From assembly GCA_965204055.1 (NCBI GenBank), contig OZ241967.1, forward strand, positions 1,801,362 to 1,865,361: a stretch of DNA of 64,000 bases, read 5' to 3'. Positions 59,501-64,000 of this stretch are shown here, one piece after another (within the stretch, counting starts at the first letter, position 1; each line of letters begins with the position of its first letter). The notes below the pieces were generated by a model. It saw only the letters and a program-made list of their open reading frames with translations, was not told the origin of the DNA and did no database searches. Position numbers and translations under genes: made by a program. Source of the DNA: Bdellovibrionales bacterium (GTDB taxonomy: Bacteria; Bdellovibrionota; Bdellovibrionia; Bdellovibrionales; UBA1609).

Positions 59501-61369
59501 TATTTAAAGTGGATCATAGAAGCAGAACGACTAAAAAAACGACTACCAGCACAAATAAATCGCGTTCACGAGCTGAACCTAACAGAAAAAACTAAAGCCG
59601 GATTGCCCCAATCCGCTTTATCCGCCTATTACCAATTAGGGACAGATAATATTTTTGCCCAACTATATGAGCAAACTTTTATAAATAAGGCTTCTGAAAA
59701 TAAGGCTCAAGATTTGTCTCCAGAAAACCCATATATAGATGCTTCAACTCCAGAAAATCAATACAGACAAATTAACCCCCAGACCCCAGGTATGAATTAT
59801 GTAAATTCTCACAATCAGCTGGCCAAAGTTAAAGAGGAAGGTTTTGATATTGAGCTACATCCTAAACGTTTAAAACTTATCAGAACAAACGGCATTATGG
59901 ATTTTTTTGTGGCCAGTGCACTTTGTGGCCCAGATTTAAGCAAAACAAAACACAACGAACTATTACAAAAATATAGAAACCTTTTAGATAGTAAAGAAGA
60001 AGATCGAAAGGCTTTTGACATTTTATTTCCTGATGAGTCAGCAGATGAGCTTATGAAAAAGTCTCCGGTGTTTGATCAATGGAGTAACGGTACTAATCCC
60101 GATTTTTACCCACCTCGCATTACCACTATAGATGAAAAAACAAGAGGAGAAATATGCAGTGGCCTTCATAGCCAAAACACAGCCGGAATATTGGAAAACA
60201 TTTATGATGGCCATTTTCCAGTAGGGGATAAAGTTTACAGTAATTTATTGCACCTGGTGATAGATCATATTGGGTTAACAGAGGCTTCCTCTTTAGAGGA
60301 ATTTAACACCTGGTGGATAGAGAAAGTAGAACCTTACTACTTGCTTTTTATTTTCTCAGCAGACAGAGAATATAAAAGAATCGTTAAAAACGAGTTTATG
60401 ACACCTCTGTTTGATAATAAAGTTACGGATGAGGATGTAAGTATAGGAAGTAAAGTTATTTCAGCAAACTCCGGGTCCTATCAGTCTGTATTAGATAACA
60501 CTAAAACATTTGATTTGATTCAGAACAAAGGCTGGATGGAGGAGGGAGAAGAGCATAACAATACTGCCCCTAACCATCTTTATAATTGGACCTCGTTAGG
60601 AGAAATGCCTGATCACAAACTTTATTCTTTAGATCTGCATAACGGGGTGTTTAAGAACCTTCATTTTGAAGCTCTTTATTGGGCTGGTGTAATACTTCAT
60701 TATGCCAAAAAAACAGAGTATTACAGTTCAGATCAAGATTTAGAAAATCTAAAGCAGGGCCTAACTGATGAAGAGATAGAAAATCTAAAACAAGGCTTAA
60801 TAACTGATGAAGATTTAGAAAATCTAAAAAAGAGCTTAACTGCTTTTGCAGAAGGTTTTAATACAGAAACTGTTATAAACATAGCAGAAAAAGGAGAATA
60901 TGGAGGAACAACAAAAATGGGTTTCCAAAAAACCCAGTGTGGGCAAACTGACTGTCGATATTATTGGGCAAAAAAATTTATAGAACAAGCTCAGGAAAAT
61001 ATAGGGCTACCTCTCTTATTGGGTTCTGGAGTGGGAGATCAATATGTTGGCATAGCGGGCACATTAAAGATAGATTATAACAGTTTATTAGGAGGAACAA
61101 AGCCAGGGAGCGATCAAACAGCTGAGTTAAATGAAGAGCGACTCAAGAAAATGCAAAGAGAAGCCGTAGGAGTGTTTAGCTGTGAGACAAATACAGGCAC
61201 AATAGGACCATCAGGGGAATGTGAAATGGTTTCTGTTCCAAGGCAGATTTTGCAATACTCTGTTATAAGGCTTAATCAAATGTTAGAAGAAGGTGTAATG
61301 TATGCAAACTTAATAGGATATATAACAGAGCACCCTGATGTAATAAGTGCTACCAACATAGCACAATAA
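56525..61369 (+). CDS. Giant (1614 aa) secreted hypothetical protein with several internal repeats
   Basis: Signal peptide; LT.EQ repeats; Gly/Ala-rich hydrophobic segments; SETNQL x3; ENLKQGL repeats. Confidence 0.9.
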   Translation: MRQLLNQISILLIIFFCVSFFAHATENDKKVEVEIPPTSPADREAVKPSNITGQDVIDLLHFAGVQLTEEQIRNLRALTPEDSEKFIALNKEQEAKILKLTKQQKEDFIEMTTEEKIALLGLTENQRQKLRKQSQQDIMLTNAFRQAQSRTYGGTFMHQVKGFHLESLVFYSAMGASMAAGAYMDSIKKGSAVDWTGLNKGGRADPRWMETLIYEMTSPVGLFSFFCFVIASGQMNTLYSKWLTNNITFAKIPGIKKIPGAHKIPLGPRHQNPKAVHSRLEQLRVNNTINGGWKNGIKYHTARRGRRIAVALGGQLGMAVGMMASNIVHEVHFIFSQNPHSKPCWDELKPDLIFGPSDLKQKDGQMHCDLFFDQLGHTAYTWMPGIASLLSASLLSHFLVNQAYKGGFVTAQAGRHISQRVGQGFLKGAVIRTSSRIPLGALARGALWLVPVPVGKGVVKGAQFAGGGIRSSAQWFTRQIKPGGRGHSFLNLFTFMLTDTWVTHSFWADFWTEKAVANDVTESMEELMKHHNVNYTTNEDTNFLDCEENGDDCNYHESVFSAHKMGLSFDRWRQFRTQIAMTAHQNWYKYVSETLASYEHAQKVYKDLFIAQKEKSFFRNMRYFGEVKETTAQCALQQMLQTLDEYILNHNLTQPEALNLHVLSADPNRFLKPPEELRAEEAQTQEQRGKGLSFWSRFWRFWTREDKKTTDRIFTLRALLTSSHSAECENPESLSHSLQVSSQEGKVQPNAFSTNLAPPINSLNTKEIPIEIFYGDKWDEALQVEKEKILKYENPENILREHFAELEKVFNIANLSVEDSSFPIKERINNISSIPTYLVNRINILEDKINKDEIIYNEDLPQALTGYFALTQNENYIINNIINGFGQSTSEETNIDLNQLFSDYIAETNQPSETNQLSETNQLSEIPYTQSEQKLRDGFAIWWPTYLSKWKTWLTEQKQNILASSEELLNHSSITEVAKERLRKKAQAGAVEYLKWIIEAERLKKRLPAQINRVHELNLTEKTKAGLPQSALSAYYQLGTDNIFAQLYEQTFINKASENKAQDLSPENPYIDASTPENQYRQINPQTPGMNYVNSHNQLAKVKEEGFDIELHPKRLKLIRTNGIMDFFVASALCGPDLSKTKHNELLQKYRNLLDSKEEDRKAFDILFPDESADELMKKSPVFDQWSNGTNPDFYPPRITTIDEKTRGEICSGLHSQNTAGILENIYDGHFPVGDKVYSNLLHLVIDHIGLTEASSLEEFNTWWIEKVEPYYLLFIFSADREYKRIVKNEFMTPLFDNKVTDEDVSIGSKVISANSGSYQSVLDNTKTFDLIQNKGWMEEGEEHNNTAPNHLYNWTSLGEMPDHKLYSLDLHNGVFKNLHFEALYWAGVILHYAKKTEYYSSDQDLENLKQGLTDEEIENLKQGLITDEDLENLKKSLTAFAEGFNTETVINIAEKGEYGGTTKMGFQKTQCGQTDCRYYWAKKFIEQAQENIGLPLLLGSGVGDQYVGIAGTLKIDYNSLLGGTKPGSDQTAELNEERLKKMQREAVGVFSCETNTGTIGPSGECEMVSVPRQILQYSVIRLNQMLEEGVMYANLIGYITEHPDVISATNIAQ

Positions 61370-61374
61370 GCAAA

Positions 61375-62691
61375 CTACTTAGTTGTCCAGGAAGAATCTG
61401 TTTCCGGATCTGCAGGCGGAGTAGGGGGTGCAAGCGGTGCAGGCGGTGCGGGCGGTGCGGGCGGTGCAGAAAATCCATCCCCATAATTTTTAAAAAGGGA
61501 CTTGGTTTTTTGTTTAAACCATTCTTTTTCCGCAAGAGAAACCAAAACGGAAGTAATAAGAATAGATAAAGGAATAATGGCAAAAATTAGGTTTTGTATC
61601 CACTCCCCATCAGTCAACCCACTTTGCATAGGTAAGGTGGCCAGCACCGCACAAGCCAAACCCCTTGGCCCCATAGCCACAGCAGTTACAGCATCTAAAC
61701 GAGAGGTCTCTTTGCCTTTGAATATCAAACGAACAGAAAGATAACGAGTGGCAAAAATCAAAACAGTTAAGAGGAAAGCCCATAAAACAGCAGACACTCC
61801 CTTTATTTGAATCAAAAGTCCTAAGTAGAGAAAGAAAAAAGTCCTAAGTAAAAAAGTAACCGCACTAAGGATAGTTAGCTCGTTAGTAGATACGGGTTTA
61901 TCTTCTAAAAAAGTTCTAAAAGCAGGGGGTAAAAGATTTATATTAGCCAAGGTAAAACCTAAACTCAAAACCCCTATGGCCCCGTTAAAACCCATAGTTT
62001 GCAAAACTCCGTAAGTTAGCAGTGCACCTGCTTCCCCAGCAAAAGGCAGTTTAGACACCTTTGTTGTTTTTTCTAAAAAAGCCCATAAAATACCGGAACC
62101 CACTCCCATACCAATAGATACTATGGGGGTGGAGCTTAGGCTGATAAAAAGTTTTCCTGCCCCTGCGTTTTCTGAAGTAAGATATTCCAGCAAGCCCAAA
62201 AAAATAATAATGGTCAATACATCTGTAAAAGCAGATTCTAAAGAAAGCACAGTTTTTGTTTGTTTTTTTATAGCAAGAGGCTTCACCATAGGAATCACAA
62301 TAGCAGAAGAGGTGCTTCCAATACCCACACCCACCAACACAGCAGACATGATGGGTAAAACCGGCATAAGCGCGAAAGTAGTAACTGCCGTTATAGAGAA
62401 AAAACTAAGGAGCGACAAAACAAGAGCCGAAAGAGAGGACTCCATTAAATCCTTAAAACTTAAATGCAAACCCCCTTCATACAAAATAACAATCAAAGTA
62501 ATAATAGAGAGTGCTTTTCCGGCTTGCCCTAAATGAACATCCGGCTGAATAACATTAGTAACCATAGGACCTAAAATAAAGCCAATAATAATCAGAATCA
62601 GTAGATCGGGAATTTTAGTTTTTATAAAAAACCAATTTAGGGCGTGGCCTAAAAAAAACAAGATAGAAAGCCCAAGAATAGTTATATCCAT
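61375..62691 (-). CDS. Cation:proton antiporter (CPA1/NhaP-like) with Pro-rich tail
   Basis: KIPDLLIL, LYEGGL, LESAFTD, GPRGLACAVLA; tail APPAPPAPPAP from 9-bp repeats. Confidence 0.88.
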   Translation of the reverse strand: MDITILGLSILFFLGHALNWFFIKTKIPDLLILIIIGFILGPMVTNVIQPDVHLGQAGKALSIITLIVILYEGGLHLSFKDLMESSLSALVLSLLSFFSITAVTTFALMPVLPIMSAVLVGVGIGSTSSAIVIPMVKPLAIKKQTKTVLSLESAFTDVLTIIIFLGLLEYLTSENAGAGKLFISLSSTPIVSIGMGVGSGILWAFLEKTTKVSKLPFAGEAGALLTYGVLQTMGFNGAIGVLSLGFTLANINLLPPAFRTFLEDKPVSTNELTILSAVTFLLRTFFFLYLGLLIQIKGVSAVLWAFLLTVLIFATRYLSVRLIFKGKETSRLDAVTAVAMGPRGLACAVLATLPMQSGLTDGEWIQNLIFAIIPLSILITSVLVSLAEKEWFKQKTKSLFKNYGDGFSAPPAPPAPPAPLAPPTPPADPETDSSWTTK

Positions 62692-62710
62692 AAAGTTTCT
62701 CCCTTAATAG

Positions 62711-64000
62711 TTATTCAGACAGGTAGGTGTAACCAGATAAAGCCTGAGAGTAATTTTTTAATAGCCTGCCTGCTTCTTCTCTGGAAAGTCTTTCGTTCAG
62801 CACAGCAGACTCTGTTTTTTGATGGATTTTTTCCATCAAATCCCGCCTATGATACCCCACATATTTAAGCATGTCATATATAGAATCCCCTTCCACATGA
62901 TGATCCACCGAGTAATTGCCATTTTTACTAATGGATACATGAATAGCATCCGTATCTCCAAACAAATTGTGCATATCTCCTAAAATTTCCTGATACGCTC
63001 CAGTTAAAAAGGCTGACATATAGTAAGGTTCTCCTTTTTTTAGGGGATGCGCCATTAAATGTTTTTCGTTTTTCCACAAATTATAATTCATAAAATGAGC
63101 AATTTTTCCGTCTGAATCACAAGTTAAGTCTGCTAAACTGGCCCTTCGGGTGGGTTTTTCGTTCAGGCGATGAATAGGCATAATAGGAAACAAATGGCCT
63201 AAAGCCCAGGAATCTGGCAGACTTTGAAATACCGAAAAATTGGAAAAATAAACATCGGCCAATTCATCCGTTAAAGCTTGAAAAATTTCTTCATGATCCT
63301 CTTTGCCTTCTGTTAATTTTTTTAACCGGCTGGCGGTCCGGGAGTAAATGTTTTCTGCCAATGCGGCCTCTTTTAAACTAAGGACACCATAGATAAATAG
63401 TTGATGAATATCCTTCTTTTTTTCAGTCAGATCGTTAAAGGATTCATTAACCGGTGTTTTTTCCAAACCCTTATATATTTCGTAAAGATCTCGAACAAAA
63501 GCATGGGTTTTAGGTGGAATTTGAAACGGGAGAGGATCTGTAGTTTTACCCGCACCGGGTTTAAGTGGTAAATCAGAAGTGGGAGGGGTTTCAATTAAGT
63601 TAGCATCCATCACATTAAAAACCAGCAAAGAGCTATGGGCCACTAAAAACCTACCTGATTCAGAAATAATATTTGGATGAGGAATATTTTTTTCATCACA
63701 AATGTTTTGCAGGTGGTAAACAATATCATTCACATACTCTTGCGCACTATAATTTGTAGAGGAATGAGACTGCCCTGATCCATCATAGTCTACCCCTAAA
63801 CCTCCTCCTACATCCATGTATTCTACCCGTGCCCCAAAGTTATAAAGCTCTGTCATAATCCGGGCAGATTCACGAATGGCCGATTTAATGGGGTGAATAG
63901 AAGGAGCTTGAGAACCAATATGAAAGTGCAGTAATTTTAAATACTCTAACGCAGAATCCTTTTTTAGTATTTCAAGCCCTTGCACAATCTCACTGGCTGT
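62711..64000 (-). CDS. speA: Biosynthetic arginine decarboxylase, 5'-partial
   Basis: HFHIGSQ, DVGGGLGVDYDG, SESGR, FSVFQSLPDSW, LTCDSDG, GAYQEILGDMHNLFG; frame open to the window edge. Confidence 0.95.
   Translation of the reverse strand, partial: TASEIVQGLEILKKDSALEYLKLLHFHIGSQAPSIHPIKSAIRESARIMTELYNFGARVEYMDVGGGLGVDYDGSGQSHSSTNYSAQEYVNDIVYHLQNICDEKNIPHPNIISESGRFLVAHSSLLVFNVMDANLIETPPTSDLPLKPGAGKTTDPLPFQIPPKTHAFVRDLYEIYKGLEKTPVNESFNDLTEKKKDIHQLFIYGVLSLKEAALAENIYSRTASRLKKLTEGKEDHEEIFQALTDELADVYFSNFSVFQSLPDSWALGHLFPIMPIHRLNEKPTRRASLADLTCDSDGKIAHFMNYNLWKNEKHLMAHPLKKGEPYYMSAFLTGAYQEILGDMHNLFGDTDAIHVSISKNGNYSVDHHVEGDSIYDMLKYVGYHRRDLMEKIHQKTESAVLNERLSREEAGRLLKNYSQALSGYTYLSE

Noticed and set aside
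2554-62536. Numerous short ORFs antisense or out of frame within pst, ileS, res/mod, serA, lysA, the giant gene and the antiporter
   Set aside because: Shadow ORFs of well-supported genes, with no RBS or motif support

Overview
AT-rich bacterial chromosome segment, most likely from a Bdellovibrionota-like lineage. This is an inference from the tmRNA tag GNFFPVALAA, the many Cys-rich secreted orphan proteins and the gene content. The housekeeping backbone is pstSCA, pdxJ, dciA-like, mlaEFD, ssrA, tRNA-Ala, ileS-lspA, a pseudouridine synthase, serA, sufC, argS, lysC-lysA, a CPA1 antiporter and a partial speA. Four accessory layers sit on top of it. (1) A ~13 kb defence island between tRNA-Ala and ileS carries a NYN RNase, a small protein plus ClpP-like protease, a type IIG RM enzyme, and a co-oriented type III mod-res -> catalytically dead long-B Argonaute -> SIR2 operon. 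(2) Two unrelated NYN/PIN-like RNase genes are each preceded by promoter + structured hairpin leader + U-tract and each sits beside an alanine-identity RNA (tmRNA, tRNA-Ala); the arrangement resembles type III toxin-antitoxin systems. (3) An IS5-family element has a family of modular MITEs with shared terminal inverted repeats and 6-bp TAnnTA target duplications; two MITEs interrupt one gene that can be rebuilt exactly in frame. (4) There are poly-C tracts at the 5' ends of surface-protein genes, an 83-bp repeat array in front of a SoFIC-like Fic gene, and recurrent 58-71 bp-period local duplications at gene boundaries. All product calls come from motif recognition by eye; no database searches were run.
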